This document shows positions 1-9,747 of a stretch of DNA of 32,000 nucleotides, one piece after another. The position numbers and the translations under genes are program-made. The first letter of the stretch is position 1. Every line of letters starts with the position of its first letter. The notes beneath the pieces are model-generated. The model was not told the origin of the DNA. It saw only the letters and a list, made by a program, of their open reading frames with translations, and did no database searches. The stretch is from Flavobacteriaceae bacterium (GTDB lineage: Bacteria; Bacteroidota; Bacteroidia; Flavobacteriales; Flavobacteriaceae): positions 5,209,565-5,241,564 of the forward strand of contig OZ245049.1 in the NCBI GenBank assembly GCA_965224465.1, read 5' to 3'.

Positions 1-978
1 ATTTGGAGCAAATGCCCATAAAAAATTCAAGTTTTTGTAGGTCGCTGTATGATCTGTAGCAAACCATAATAATAGGACAAGCACGCCTACAATTCCTGTT
101 CCGAAGAACAGTATAAAATCCAATAATTTTGAACGTTGTTTTTTCTTAAAATCGGTATAGGTAATATAGGATACAATCAGTAAAATAATCGTAAAAAGTA
201 GCAGTGGATAATATCCAAAAGCCATGGAGGAGTTTAGAAAAGGAGGGATTAAATCTTTTGTTTCTTTTATCAAAGGGATTTTCTTTTCTCCAATAGTAAT
301 AGTGGCGTTTGCAAATGCTTGCATCATATAATCGGGTAAGAAACGGTATTGGTCAAACGTAGCTCTTTTATCTATGACGGATCCAAGGGCTAAGTCAATT
401 CCAAATTTACCCCAGGGATGTTGTTGGGTGTAATCTGCTATTAAATCTCGATGTGTTTTATTACTTGATAAATGTGCATTGGAATACTGAACGCTAGCTC
501 CTAATACCTTAGAGACTACTTCTTCAAGTTTTGTAGCACAATTATCATAGAAAAAATCATAGCGATAGTCTTTGTTTTTAGGCAATGCGTTGTTTTCTAA
601 AAAGGTGTAAAATAGCTGTACTTTTTCTGAGGGAATATTTAGTACTTGCTCTTTTATCCATCTTTTTTCATACGTATAGTTTCGTAAAAATCGTCCTGTA
701 TCTGAGGTTCCCAATTGATAAATAAGTTTTCCTTTGACAAAATTTAAATAGAAACTAGGTGCATTAAAATCAAATGTTCCATAATTATATATTCGGTCAA
801 CACCTAGTGTTGGGTCTTTTATTCTGAAAGCACTGTGTCCAAAAGTAGTGAATAACTCCGAACCAGGACCGCAAGTAATAATGCTTACGGAAGCGTTATT
901 AGTTAAGGTTTGTTGCGCAATTATTGGACTGTATCCAATAAGAATTAAGCAGATAAGGGTAAAAAAACGTTGTATCAT
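1..978 (-). CDS. DUF4105-family periplasmic/lipoprotein-like protein; N-terminal part only, the gene runs off the left edge
   Basis: Manual reverse translation from ATG at 976-978 gives MIQRFFTLICLILIGYSPIIAQQTLTNNASVSIITCGPGSELFTTFGHSAFRIKDPTLGVDRIYNYGTFDF..., open to base 1. It has a signal peptide followed by the TCGPG..L...FGHSA.R....G.D..YNYG signature I associate with DUF4105. Absent from the ORF track because no stop lies in the window. Confidence 0.8.
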   Translation of the reverse strand, partial: MIQRFFTLICLILIGYSPIIAQQTLTNNASVSIITCGPGSELFTTFGHSAFRIKDPTLGVDRIYNYGTFDFNAPSFYLNFVKGKLIYQLGTSDTGRFLRNYTYEKRWIKEQVLNIPSEKVQLFYTFLENNALPKNKDYRYDFFYDNCATKLEEVVSKVLGASVQYSNAHLSSNKTHRDLIADYTQQHPWGKFGIDLALGSVIDKRATFDQYRFLPDYMMQAFANATITIGEKKIPLIKETKDLIPPFLNSSMAFGYYPLLLFTIILLIVSYITYTDFKKKQRSKLLDFILFFGTGIVGVLVLLLWFATDHTATYKNLNFLWAFAPN

Positions 979-984
979 AATAAA

Positions 985-1971
985 TTATTGATTGCAAATA
1001 TCGGTGATATGATGTTGATGTAGGAAGTGAATTAGTTTTTTTTCTAACCATTGTTCCGATTTTCCTATAAAAGGGTGATTAAACCCTACGTGACCACCAA
1101 AAGTTGTAGGCATAAAATGGAGGTATTTGTTTGCTTTTGCTTCTTCAAAGGGATGACACGTTTTACTTAAAAACGAATCGTCCAGGGCATTGATCAATAG
1201 GGTAGGGATGGTGATTTTACTTAAAAAAGGCTTGCAACTGTTTTGTTTCCAATAGTCTTGTGCATCTTTAAACCCAAAGAGTGGTGCGGTAACAGCCGTA
1301 TCAAAATCATAAAAATTTTCTGCGTTTTTTACTGCTTTTTTATGAATAATAGCATTGGGGTGTTTGTGGAGTTTCTGAAATGTCTTTTTTTTCAAGGAAC
1401 GAAGAAACCGCTGCATAAATATATAATTTCTTTTTTTGGAGAGCGCTATAGATGCCCCTTCTAAATCACAGGGGACAGAAACCGCCATCGCACAAGTTAT
1501 TTTTGGGTCGATGTTTTTTGTTTCTCCTAAGTATTTAAGTACAATGTTTCCGCCCATGCTAAACCCTAAAAGGCATAGGTTGGAGTAGTTAAATTTTTGA
1601 AGGATATATTGAATAGTGCAGGCTAAATCGTCTGTTTTTCCACTGTGATAACTTGCTAGTTTTAAATTGTCCTCACCACTACAAGACCTAAAATTAAGTG
1701 CTGCGACACTTATTTTTTGAGTTTTTAGATAGTTTGCAATAGCTTTTATATAAACAGATTGACTGCTTCCTTCTAGCCCGTGGAGTATTATAACAATGGT
1801 GTTTGAGTTTTGATGTACAAAATCAATGTCTAAAAAATCAGCATCTAAGGTAGAAATTCGACTCCTTGTATAGCTAGTATCTTTTCTACTAGTGAAGGTT
1901 CTGTACGCGGTATTTATAAAACCATGTCTTAGCATAGGAGAGGGATGGTACGTGTTTTCTAGAATAGGCAT
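985..1971 (-). CDS. alpha/beta-fold hydrolase, YheT-like
   Basis: 328-aa ORF with HGLEGSS oxyanion-region motif, GFSMGGN nucleophile elbow (G-x-S-x-G) and C-terminal GGHVGF. Ends 7 nt before the downstream DUF4105 gene, so likely co-transcribed. Confidence 0.85.
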   Translation of the reverse strand: MPILENTYHPSPMLRHGFINTAYRTFTSRKDTSYTRSRISTLDADFLDIDFVHQNSNTIVIILHGLEGSSQSVYIKAIANYLKTQKISVAALNFRSCSGEDNLKLASYHSGKTDDLACTIQYILQKFNYSNLCLLGFSMGGNIVLKYLGETKNIDPKITCAMAVSVPCDLEGASIALSKKRNYIFMQRFLRSLKKKTFQKLHKHPNAIIHKKAVKNAENFYDFDTAVTAPLFGFKDAQDYWKQNSCKPFLSKITIPTLLINALDDSFLSKTCHPFEEAKANKYLHFMPTTFGGHVGFNHPFIGKSEQWLEKKLIHFLHQHHITDICNQ

Positions 1972-2049
1972 AGCAGGTTGTTAAACAAAGTTGAAAATTA
2001 GTCATTTTAATGGGGAACTATTTAGTATTTTTACGAAAATTTAGAATCC

Positions 2050-2799
2050 ATGAGCATAAAAAAACACATTCCTAATATTATTACCTTGTTAAACTTGTTT
2101 TGTGGTGTTCTTGCCGTAATTTTTGCTGTTCAAGATTTTTTATTGATAGCGAGTTTTTTAATTTTATTAGGGATTTTCTTTGATTTTTTTGACGGATTTT
2201 TTGCGCGTTTATTAAAGGTTTCGGGAGAATTAGGAAAACAGTTGGATTCTTTGGCAGATATGGTGACTAGTGGAGTTGCTCCAGGGGTAATTATGATGCT
2301 GTTGATTAAGAATAGTTTGCCTACACATAGTGATTCGTTTTTGACAGGTATTATTACTCCAAATAGTCTTCTCGCCCTAGTCGGCTTACTTATTCCGTTG
2401 GCTTCTGCGTATAGATTGGCAAAATTTAATATAGACACACGTCAAACTTCCTCTTTTATAGGGCTACCTACACCTGCATTTACTTTGGTGGTTGTTGCAT
2501 TGCCCTTAATTGTAGCGTATAGTAATTTTTCTTGGGCTTTGGAGATGATTCAAACGCCTTGGGTATTAATTTTAATTACAGTTTTTGGCTGTTATGCAAT
2601 GAATGCAGAAATTCCATTGTTTGCTCTAAAATTTAAAGATTATACATGGAAAAACAACAAGATTAAATTTAGTTTTTTAGGCTTGAGTATCCTGTTATTG
2701 ATCGGAGTACAATTTGTAGCTATCCCATTAATCATCATTATGTATGTGCTTTTTTCAGTGCTTGAGAATCGTAATAAAAGCAGTAAGAATAAAAAGTAA
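2050..2799 (+). CDS. pssA: CDP-diacylglycerol--serine O-phosphatidyltransferase (CDP-alcohol phosphatidyltransferase family)
   Basis: 249-aa polytopic membrane ORF carrying DFFDGFFARLLKVSGELGKQLDSLADMV, which matches D-G-x2-A-R-x8-G-x3-D-x3-D. Confidence 0.88.
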   Translation: MSIKKHIPNIITLLNLFCGVLAVIFAVQDFLLIASFLILLGIFFDFFDGFFARLLKVSGELGKQLDSLADMVTSGVAPGVIMMLLIKNSLPTHSDSFLTGIITPNSLLALVGLLIPLASAYRLAKFNIDTRQTSSFIGLPTPAFTLVVVALPLIVAYSNFSWALEMIQTPWVLILITVFGCYAMNAEIPLFALKFKDYTWKNNKIKFSFLGLSILLLIGVQFVAIPLIIIMYVLFSVLENRNKSSKNKK

Positions 2800-2816
2800 G
2801 TATTATATTAGAAGTA

Positions 2817-2968
2817 ATACCAAATAAATTTCCAAGTGACAGTGTAGAAATGGAATTGTTTTTTGTTTTAGCTAGGCGGAAAACCATAGCTGTCGTTCTG
2901 TTTTTTAACAACGCTAGAGCGTAAAACAAACTATTTATATTGGTCCTTTTAGACTGTATTGGTATAAG
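2817..2968 (+). repeat. Intergenic repeat family, full-length copy A (~152 bp)
   Basis: ataccaaataaatttccaagtgac...ttttgttttagctaggcgg...cgttctgttttttaacaacgctagagcgtaaaacaaactatttatattgg...gtattggtataag. Aligns by eye with copies at 9748, 23336, 24795 and 29353(-). Starts 17 nt after the pssA stop. Confidence 0.85.
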
Positions 2969-3023
2969 AACGCTGCATTAAAAATCGAGGGGTTTTTATA
3001 AAAAAGTATTGAGATTTTATATA

Positions 3024-3066
3024 AAAACACCGCCTTTTCAATTGAAAAAGGCGGTGTTTTATTTTT
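3024..3066. terminator. Bidirectional rho-independent terminator between the pssA side and lptB
   Basis: 15-bp perfect stem aaaacaccgcctttt / aaaaggcggtgtttt (3024-3038 / 3046-3060) with a 7-nt loop. Flanked by an A-run upstream and a T-run downstream. Confidence 0.75.
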
Positions 3067-3153
3067 GTAAAGTCGTATCTTTATATTGATTTTTTTACAA
3101 GATAAAAGTTATAATAGCGTGGCTTGGTAGTAGGATGTTGATTATAACTGTGA

Positions 3154-3888
3154 CTAAAATTTCTTTCGTTTCAACTCAAAATCCATTCCTAGATACACGC
3201 GACGTACGTTTTCGTCTGCGGCTAATTCTTCAGGAGTTCCTTCTTTAAGAATGCTTCCTTCGAACATTAAATAAGTCTTGTCCGTAATGGCAAGTGTTTC
3301 TTGAACATTATGATCGGTAATTAAAATGCCTATATTTTTTGTTTTTAATTTGGCTACAATACTTTGTATATCTTCTACAGCAATGGGATCAACCCCAGCA
3401 AAAGGTTCATCTAGTAAAATAAATTTAGGGTCAGAAGCCAAGCAACGGGCAATTTCTGTTCTTCTGCGTTCACCTCCAGAGAGTAAGTCTCCACGGTTTT
3501 TGCGGACACGTCCTAAGCTAAATTCCTCAATTAATTCTTCTAGTTTTTCTTTTTGTTCCGCTTTTGTTCTATCAGTAAATTCTAGTACTGATAAAATATT
3601 GTCCTCAACAGATAATTTCCTGAAAATTGAAGCTTCTTGAGCCAAGTATCCTATGCCGTTTTTTGCACGGGTATACATTGGGTCGTTTGTGATTTCTTTA
3701 TCATCTAAATAAATATGCCCTTCATTGGGTTGTACCATGCCCACAATCATATAAAAAGAGGTGGTCTTTCCTGCTCCGTTCGGCCCTAATAATCCAACAA
3801 TTTCTCCTTGTTTTACTTCAACAGATACACCTTTTACTACATAGCGTTTTCCGTATTTTTTCTTTATATTTTCTGCACGTAATATCAT
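3154..3888 (-). CDS. lptB: LPS export ABC transporter ATP-binding protein
   Basis: 244-aa ORF with Walker [13 protein letters not shown] signature LSGGERRR and Walker [12 protein letters not shown]. Length and N-terminus ([17 protein letters not shown]) are typical of LptB. Confidence 0.93.
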   Translation of the reverse strand: MILRAENIKKKYGKRYVVKGVSVEVKQGEIVGLLGPNGAGKTTSFYMIVGMVQPNEGHIYLDDKEITNDPMYTRAKNGIGYLAQEASIFRKLSVEDNILSVLEFTDRTKAEQKEKLEELIEEFSLGRVRKNRGDLLSGGERRRTEIARCLASDPKFILLDEPFAGVDPIAVEDIQSIVAKLKTKNIGILITDHNVQETLAITDKTYLMFEGSILKEGTPEELAADENVRRVYLGMDFELKRKKF

Positions 3889-4197
3889 ATTCTGTTTTCT
3901 TATAGATTACATCTTATAGGATGCTTAATTGTTGAAACGATAAAAACATCATTTCAGTCTGCCTTTTTTTATGTTTTTCTAGCAACCCTTTGTATTTATA
4001 GAACTGAGGTAAATATGCGGTTGCGATTGCTAGTTTTTTAGATACTTGTTCTTTTTATAATCCAGATTTATTGCCGTTTTACCCAATGGTATTTGATAGG
4101 TGTAATACCATTGGCTATCAAAGCTACTGTTTTTTAGATTTTAAATACTTTTTTATAAGCATCGGTATCTAAGTTAAATAAACGCTAGCTATTAAAA

Positions 4198-5019
4198 TTA
4201 CTTTTTAAGTCCTACATTTTTTTTGTTTAATCGTTTTTCTACAATACTCGATATTTTGATGCTAATTTCATACAAAATAAGAATTGGAATGGCTACAATT
4301 ATTTGGCTAATTATGTCTGGAGGGGTAATTATAGCTGCTATAATAAGGACGATTACAAGTGCATGCTTTCTGTATTTTTTCAGGAAAGCAGGAGTTACTA
4401 AGCCCATTTTTGATAAGAAATAAATGACAATAGGCAATTCAAATATCAATCCAGAAGCCAGTACAGATGAACGTAAAAGGGCTATATATGACCCGATTTT
4501 GATGTTCCGCGCTACTTGATCACTTACAGAATAAGATCCTAAGAAGTTTACAGACAATGGGGTTACTACATAATAACCAAACGCGACTCCTAAAAAGAAT
4601 AACAAAGAGGAAATTACGATAAAAACTTTTGCGTTTTTTCTTTCACTTGAATATAGACCAGGACTTATAAATACCCAAAATTCGTGGATAATATAAGGAA
4701 AAGCCACTATAAATCCAAAAGTTAGCGAAGTCCATATATGAACAGAAAATTGTTCTGCCATGGCTAAACTCTGGAAGGTAAATGGTATTTCTGTTATACA
4801 TAGTCCTTCTGCATGTAATAATTTACTTACACTACAGAAAAACCGATATGTAACAAATTGAGGGTCTTTTGGAGCAAATATGATGGTGTTAAAGATAAAA
4901 TCTTTCATTACAAATGCAACAATTGCAATTACTAAAATTGCCAAAATACATCTTATTAGATGCCACCTAAGTTCTTCTAGGTGGTCTAAAAACGACATTT
5001 CATTTACTTTTTTGTTCAT
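4198..5019 (-). CDS. tatC: twin-arginine translocase subunit TatC
   Basis: 273-aa six-TM ORF starting ...MSFLDHLEELRWHLIRC, the canonical TatC N-terminal motif. Abuts kdsD (stop and start adjacent at 5019/5020). Confidence 0.93.
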   Translation of the reverse strand: MNKKVNEMSFLDHLEELRWHLIRCILAILVIAIVAFVMKDFIFNTIIFAPKDPQFVTYRFFCSVSKLLHAEGLCITEIPFTFQSLAMAEQFSVHIWTSLTFGFIVAFPYIIHEFWVFISPGLYSSERKNAKVFIVISSLLFFLGVAFGYYVVTPLSVNFLGSYSVSDQVARNIKIGSYIALLRSSVLASGLIFELPIVIYFLSKMGLVTPAFLKKYRKHALVIVLIIAAIITPPDIISQIIVAIPILILYEISIKISSIVEKRLNKKNVGLKK

Positions 5020-5985
5020 TTAGAAAATTCCTTCTTTGATTAAATCGTGTAAATGTACTACTCCTTTATAAGAACCGTTATCAGCTACTAAGAGCGAAGT
5101 TATATGATTACTTTCCATAAGTTCTAAGGCTTGTACAGCCATTGCGTCTGATGCAATGGTTTTAGGGTTGTGGCTCATGATGTCTTGAGCAGATAATTTC
5201 GTGAAATTATCGGTATTGGTCAGCATCCTTCGAATGTCTCCGTCTGTTATAACACCTACAATCAAGTCGTTTTCTAAAACGGCTGTGGTTCCAAGGCGTT
5301 TTTCTGAAATTTCAATAATCACTTCCTTTACATTAGTCGTGGTTTGTACAAGTGGTTTTTCGTTGTTTTCCAACAGGTCTTTAACACGTAGGTAGAGTTT
5401 TTTTCCCAAGGCGCCACCAGGATGGTATTTTGCAAAGTCCTTACTGGTAAAATCATTGAGGTTTAAAAGGCAGACTGCGAGTGCATCACCTAAAACTAAT
5501 TGTGCTGTTGTGCTAGAAGTCGGAGCCAAATTATTAGGACACGCTTCCTTTTCTACATACGCATTCAGAACAAAATCTGCATTTGTGCCTAAAAATGATT
5601 CTTTATTACCCGTAAGTGCAATAATTTTATTTCCATAATTTTTTATCAAAGGAATGAGTACTTTTATCTCTGGAGTGTTTCCGCTTTTTGAGATACAAAT
5701 AACAACATCATTTTGTTGTATGGTTCCTAAGTCTCCATGTATAGCATCGGCTGCGTGCATGAAAATGGCAGGAGTTCCAGTTGAATTTAGGGTAGCGACA
5801 ATCTTTGTAGCGATATTGGCGCTTTTCCCGATACCGGTTACAATTACCCTTCCATTTGAATTGTGGATAAAATTAACAGAGTTTTCAAAATCTACATCAA
5901 TTAAATTGACTAAATTCGCAATCGCTTTACTTTCAATTAAAATTGTCTGTTGAGCGTTCTTAATTATATTATTTTTGCTTTTCAA
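5020..5985 (-). CDS. kdsD: KpsF/GutQ-family arabinose-5-phosphate isomerase (SIS domain plus tandem CBS)
   Basis: 321-aa ORF with SIS motif VTGIGKSANIATKIVATLNSTGTPA, then ISKSGNTPE, then two C-terminal CBS-like repeats. Confidence 0.9.
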   Translation of the reverse strand: MKSKNNIIKNAQQTILIESKAIANLVNLIDVDFENSVNFIHNSNGRVIVTGIGKSANIATKIVATLNSTGTPAIFMHAADAIHGDLGTIQQNDVVICISKSGNTPEIKVLIPLIKNYGNKIIALTGNKESFLGTNADFVLNAYVEKEACPNNLAPTSSTTAQLVLGDALAVCLLNLNDFTSKDFAKYHPGGALGKKLYLRVKDLLENNEKPLVQTTTNVKEVIIEISEKRLGTTAVLENDLIVGVITDGDIRRMLTNTDNFTKLSAQDIMSHNPKTIASDAMAVQALELMESNHITSLLVADNGSYKGVVHLHDLIKEGIF

Positions 5986-6030
5986 AAGTTAAAAATTTTC
6001 TGGTTTAAAAAAATGTATTATCTTTAGTTG

Positions 6031-6038
6031 CAAATGTA
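6031..6038 (-). promoter_or_regulatory. Bacteroidota-type -7 box (TAcaTTTG) for the kdsD-tatC operon
   Basis: Plus strand caaatgta equals minus-strand TACATTTG, an exact match to TAnnTTTG. Lies 46-53 nt upstream of the kdsD ATG. Confidence 0.45.
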
Positions 6039-6061
6039 TCTAAAATTAGATTAATAATAGA

Positions 6062-8260
6062 ATGAATAGTAAGGAAATTGATTTACACAAATCACTAAAA
6101 CAGTATTTTGGTTTTGACCAATTCAAGGGGCTGCAAGAAGTTGTTATTCGTAGTATTCTGAACGAAGAGAACACTTTTGTGATTATGCCTACAGGTGGTG
6201 GGAAATCGCTATGTTACCAATTACCCGCATTGATTAATGAAGGGACGGCAATTGTAGTGTCCCCATTAATTGCCTTGATGAAGAATCAAGTAGATGCCAT
6301 TCGTGGTATTTCTTCTGAATACGGTATTGCTCATGTGTTAAATTCTTCTTTAAATAAAGGAGAAATTGCCCAAGTTAAAAGTGATATTGAAAGTGGGGTT
6401 ACCAAATTGTTGTACGTTGCTCCAGAATCTCTCACAAAAGAGGAATATGTGGAGTTTCTAAAAGCGCAAAAAATTTCATTTGTAGCGATTGATGAAGCGC
6501 ATTGTATTTCGGAATGGGGACACGATTTTAGACCCGAGTATAGGAATTTAAGAAATATTATCAAACAGATAAGTGATGTGCCTATTATAGGACTCACCGC
6601 TACTGCTACCGAAAAGGTACAAGAAGATATTTTGAAAACCTTAGGAATGTCTGATGCCAATACTTTTAAAGCATCCTTTAATAGACCTAACTTATTTTAC
6701 GATGTACGCTCTAAAACAAAAAATATAAATGCTGATATTATCCGTTTTATAAAAAAACGAGAAGGGAAATCAGGGATTATCTATTGTTTGAGCCGTAAAA
6801 AAGTAGAAGAGATTGCTCAAGTACTACAGGTAAATGGAATAAAAGCGGTGCCTTACCATGCTGGATTGGATGGGAAAACACGTGCTCGACATCAAGATAT
6901 GTTTTTGATGGAGGATATAGATGTAGTAGTTGCGACTATTGCCTTTGGAATGGGAATAGACAAACCAGATGTTCGCTTTGTGATTCACCATGATATTCCT
7001 AAAAGTTTGGAAAGTTATTACCAAGAAACAGGACGTGCGGGTAGAGATGATGGTGAAGGCTATTGCTTGGCTTATTATGCATATAAAGATATTGAAAAAC
7101 TTGAAAAATTCTTAGCAGGAAAACCTGTTGCAGAACAAGAGATAGGACATGCATTACTACAAGATGTAGTGGGCTATTGTGAAACCTCTGTGTCTAGACG
7201 TAAGTATTTGTTGCATTATTTTGGGGAGGAATTTGATGAGGTTAATGGCCTAGGTGCGGAAATGGACGATAACACCAAAAATCCAAAAGTAAAAACCGAA
7301 GCTAAAGATGAACTGAAATTATTGCTGGAAATAATTTTATTGACAAAAGAAAAATACAAAGCTAAAGACGTTGTGAGTACCATCGTTGGAGCAGCAAATG
7401 CAATGTTAAAATCTCATAAAACAGATTTACAACCATTTTTTGCCAAGGGGAAAGATAAGAGTGATAAGTACTGGACAGCATTGATTCGTCAAGCGCTTGT
7501 AAATGGGTTTCTTTCAAAAGAAATAGAACAATACGGAGTGTTGAAAATGACAGAGAAGGGGAGAAGTTTTATAGAAACTCCTTACTCTTTTATGATGACC
7601 GAAGACCATTTGTACGAAGAAGAAGATGACCATCATATAATAAGCGATATTAAAAGTGGAGGAGCTGCTGCAGATATTGTGTTGATGAAAATGTTGAAAG
7701 AATTACAAAAATCAGTCGCTAAAAAACAAGGAGTACCGCCGTATGCTGTTTTTACAGAGCCGTCTTTAGAAGATATGTCACTTAAATATCCTATTACCTT
7801 ATCCGAACTTACAAATATTTTTGGTGTAGGAGAAGGAAAAGCACGTAAATTCGGGAAACCTTTTGTAGAACTTATAGCAGAATATGTTGCCGATCATGAG
7901 GTAATGCGTCCAGATGATTTTGTTGTCAAGAGTACAGGTGAAAACTCTGGTTTAAAGCTGTTTATTATACAAAATACAGATCGTAAAATCCCTTTAGAGG
8001 ATATTGCAAAATCCAAAGGCTTGCAATTTGACGATTTGATTGCAGAATTACAGCGTATTGTATATAGTGGTACTAAATTAAATATTAACTATCATTTAGA
8101 TGATATTTTAGACGAAGACCAACAAGAAGAAATATTTGACTATTTTATGGAATCTGAAACCGATAAAATAGAAGATGCATTAGAAGAATTTGACGGGGAT
8201 TACGACCTTGAAGAACTCCGTTTGATGCGAATAAAGTTTATTAGCGATGTAGCTAATTAA
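6062..8260 (+). CDS. recQ: ATP-dependent DNA helicase RecQ
   Basis: 732-aa ORF with FGFDQFKGLQ, PTGGGKSLCYQLPA (motif I), DEAHCISEWGHDFRPEY (DEAH), TATAT, an RQC region and a C-terminal HRDC-like region. Confidence 0.95.
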   Translation: MNSKEIDLHKSLKQYFGFDQFKGLQEVVIRSILNEENTFVIMPTGGGKSLCYQLPALINEGTAIVVSPLIALMKNQVDAIRGISSEYGIAHVLNSSLNKGEIAQVKSDIESGVTKLLYVAPESLTKEEYVEFLKAQKISFVAIDEAHCISEWGHDFRPEYRNLRNIIKQISDVPIIGLTATATEKVQEDILKTLGMSDANTFKASFNRPNLFYDVRSKTKNINADIIRFIKKREGKSGIIYCLSRKKVEEIAQVLQVNGIKAVPYHAGLDGKTRARHQDMFLMEDIDVVVATIAFGMGIDKPDVRFVIHHDIPKSLESYYQETGRAGRDDGEGYCLAYYAYKDIEKLEKFLAGKPVAEQEIGHALLQDVVGYCETSVSRRKYLLHYFGEEFDEVNGLGAEMDDNTKNPKVKTEAKDELKLLLEIILLTKEKYKAKDVVSTIVGAANAMLKSHKTDLQPFFAKGKDKSDKYWTALIRQALVNGFLSKEIEQYGVLKMTEKGRSFIETPYSFMMTEDHLYEEEDDHHIISDIKSGGAAADIVLMKMLKELQKSVAKKQGVPPYAVFTEPSLEDMSLKYPITLSELTNIFGVGEGKARKFGKPFVELIAEYVADHEVMRPDDFVVKSTGENSGLKLFIIQNTDRKIPLEDIAKSKGLQFDDLIAELQRIVYSGTKLNINYHLDDILDEDQQEEIFDYFMESETDKIEDALEEFDGDYDLEELRLMRIKFISDVAN

Positions 8261-8265
8261 TAAAA

Positions 8266-8297
8266 AAGCGAAGTTTAAAAGACTTCGCTTTTTTTTT
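8266..8297 (+). terminator. Rho-independent terminator of recQ
   Basis: 9-bp stem aagcgaagt / acttcgctt with a 7-nt loop, followed by T7 (8291-8297). Begins 6 nt after the recQ stop. Confidence 0.8.
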
Positions 8298-8466
8298 GAT
8301 ATTATTTATCGATTTTAAATGAAAATATAAACGCCTAATGACTGTTTTGTTATTTTTTTGATAAATCGACTTTTTATTAAAAATAGTGCTTTTTACGATA
8401 CGATTATTTACTTTTTCTCAAGTACATTTATAAAAGAATTTTAACCTAATTTTAAGAGTACGTATC

Positions 8467-9651
8467 ATGAATATGAAAAGTATTAAATCGTTAAAAGAAA
8501 CAAGTTTTTTAAGAGAAAGACAATATGAAGCCGTTGGGTTTTTAGTCATGTTTTTTGGTGTATTTAGTTATATTGGACATAATATGGGAGTCGCTAATAT
8601 GCTGAATACCATCATGAATACAGCCTGGGATTTATTGATGAATACGGTGTTCTATATTATGGGGATAACGGTGTTGTCTGGTGCGCTGGGGCGTTTATTG
8701 ATAGAATTTGGTGTGGTGAGATTACTCGAGAAAATATTAGCGCCTTTAATGCGTCCGTTATTTAATTTACCGGGTGTTGCTTCCTTGGCGGGTGTGTTGA
8801 CTTTTTTATCGGATAACCCAGCTATTATAAGTTTGGCACATGATAAAAATTTTAGTAAATATTTTAAGAAATATGAACTTATTTCGTTGACGAATTTCGG
8901 TACCGCTTTTGGTATGGGTTTAATTGTTATGACCTTTATGTCTACCTTACAAATACCGGGCAACGATGAAAATATGTTTATTCCTGCACTGATTGGATTG
9001 TTTGGAGCGTTGATTGGTGCTATTGTATCTACTAGATTGATGCAATATTTTATCAAAGGAAAAATAAAACCAAGAAAAGAGGATGATCTGGAAGGGGCGA
9101 ACGAGAAAATTAGTTTCAAATCCGAAGGAGGTGCTTTTATCCGTTTTTTGAATGCGATTCTTGATGGAGGTAAATCGGGAGTAGATCTAGGTTTGGCAAT
9201 TATCCCAGGCGTGTTGATTATTTCTACATTTATTATGATGCTTACATTTGGACCAAAAGATGCTGCTATTGGTTATCAGGGGTTGGCGTATGAAGGAGTC
9301 ACATTGTTGCCGCAATTAGCAGATAAAGTTTGGTGGATATTTGAAGGTTTATTTGGTTTTGAGCATCCAGAATTAATTGCTTTTCCTATTACATCTCTTG
9401 GTGCAGTTGGTGCCGCATTGTCTTTGGTAAAAGCATTTATTGCTCAAGGAATTGTAGATGGTAATGTGATTGCCGTTTTTACAGCAATGGGTATGTGTTG
9501 GAGTGGTTACTTGAGCACTCATACTGCAATGTTAGATACGTTAGGATATCGTGAGTTGACTACAAAGGCATTGTTGTCTCATAGTATTGGAGGTGTTGTC
9601 GCAGGTACTTGTGCGCATTATGTGTACGTGTTGGTAATGATGCTGATTTAA
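8467..9651 (+). CDS. polytopic inner-membrane protein, probably nucleoside-recognition (Gate) domain family
   Basis: 394-aa ORF with many TM segments. The segment LGRLLIEFGVVRLLEKILAPLMRPLFNLPGVASLAGVLTFLSDNPA resembles Gate-domain proteins (YjiH/SpmA-like). The family assignment is from memory only. Confidence 0.8.
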   Translation: MNMKSIKSLKETSFLRERQYEAVGFLVMFFGVFSYIGHNMGVANMLNTIMNTAWDLLMNTVFYIMGITVLSGALGRLLIEFGVVRLLEKILAPLMRPLFNLPGVASLAGVLTFLSDNPAIISLAHDKNFSKYFKKYELISLTNFGTAFGMGLIVMTFMSTLQIPGNDENMFIPALIGLFGALIGAIVSTRLMQYFIKGKIKPRKEDDLEGANEKISFKSEGGAFIRFLNAILDGGKSGVDLGLAIIPGVLIISTFIMMLTFGPKDAAIGYQGLAYEGVTLLPQLADKVWWIFEGLFGFEHPELIAFPITSLGAVGAALSLVKAFIAQGIVDGNVIAVFTAMGMCWSGYLSTHTAMLDTLGYRELTTKALLSHSIGGVVAGTCAHYVYVLVMMLI

Positions 9652-9669
9652 TCGAAGGCTAAAAAGTGT

Positions 9670-9689
9670 GGTATTGTTCTGTTTTTTAA
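9670..9689 (+). repeat. Fragment of the repeat family (internal core)
   Basis: ggtattgttctgttttttaa matches the internal core tatcgttctgttttttaaca of the full-length copies. Followed by a 7-bp hairpin tcctaaa/tttagga at 9690-9706. Confidence 0.5.
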
Positions 9690-9747
9690 TCCTAAATAAT
9701 TTAGGACAGCATTTGTTGTAGCCAATAGATGAAAAGTGTTCATGTTT

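Noticed and set aside
2738-2929. Similar short peptides (LFYALALLKNRT..., LFYVLVLLNNRT..., LFYVLSLLKNRT...) are encoded on the minus strand of repeat copies A, C and D (track ORFs 2738-2929, 23325-23510, 24847-25152), which could suggest a repeated micro-gene.
   Set aside because: The similarity simply mirrors the DNA repeat. The ORFs start and stop at different places, indels in the central segment shift the frame between copies, copy B has no such ORF, and the ORFs run into flanking unique DNA or the pssA coding end. This is not coding conservation.
5654-5953. Numerous 60-155-aa ORFs antisense to or out of frame within strong genes. Examples: 1243-1464, 2130-2438, 3326-3640, 4223-4423, 5201-5395, 5456-5638, 5654-5953, 6331-6660, 8652-9119, 10999-11181, 11299-11631, 11791-12021, 12810-13187, 13838-14110, 14297-14527, 15148-15339, 15661-15960, 18861-19049, 22127-22567, 25337-25669, 26529-26902, 28000-28293, 29133-29321, 29733-29930, 30920-31201 and 31684-31932.
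   Set aside because: All lie entirely inside genes with clear family motifs on the other strand or frame, and their products are low-complexity. These are shadow ORFs typical of AT-rich genomes.
9652-9747. An identical 96-nt spacing between the stop codon and the repeat start for copies B (9652-9747) and C (23240-23335), which could indicate a conserved extended element.
   Set aside because: The two 96-nt segments show no sequence similarity to each other, so the equal length appears coincidental.
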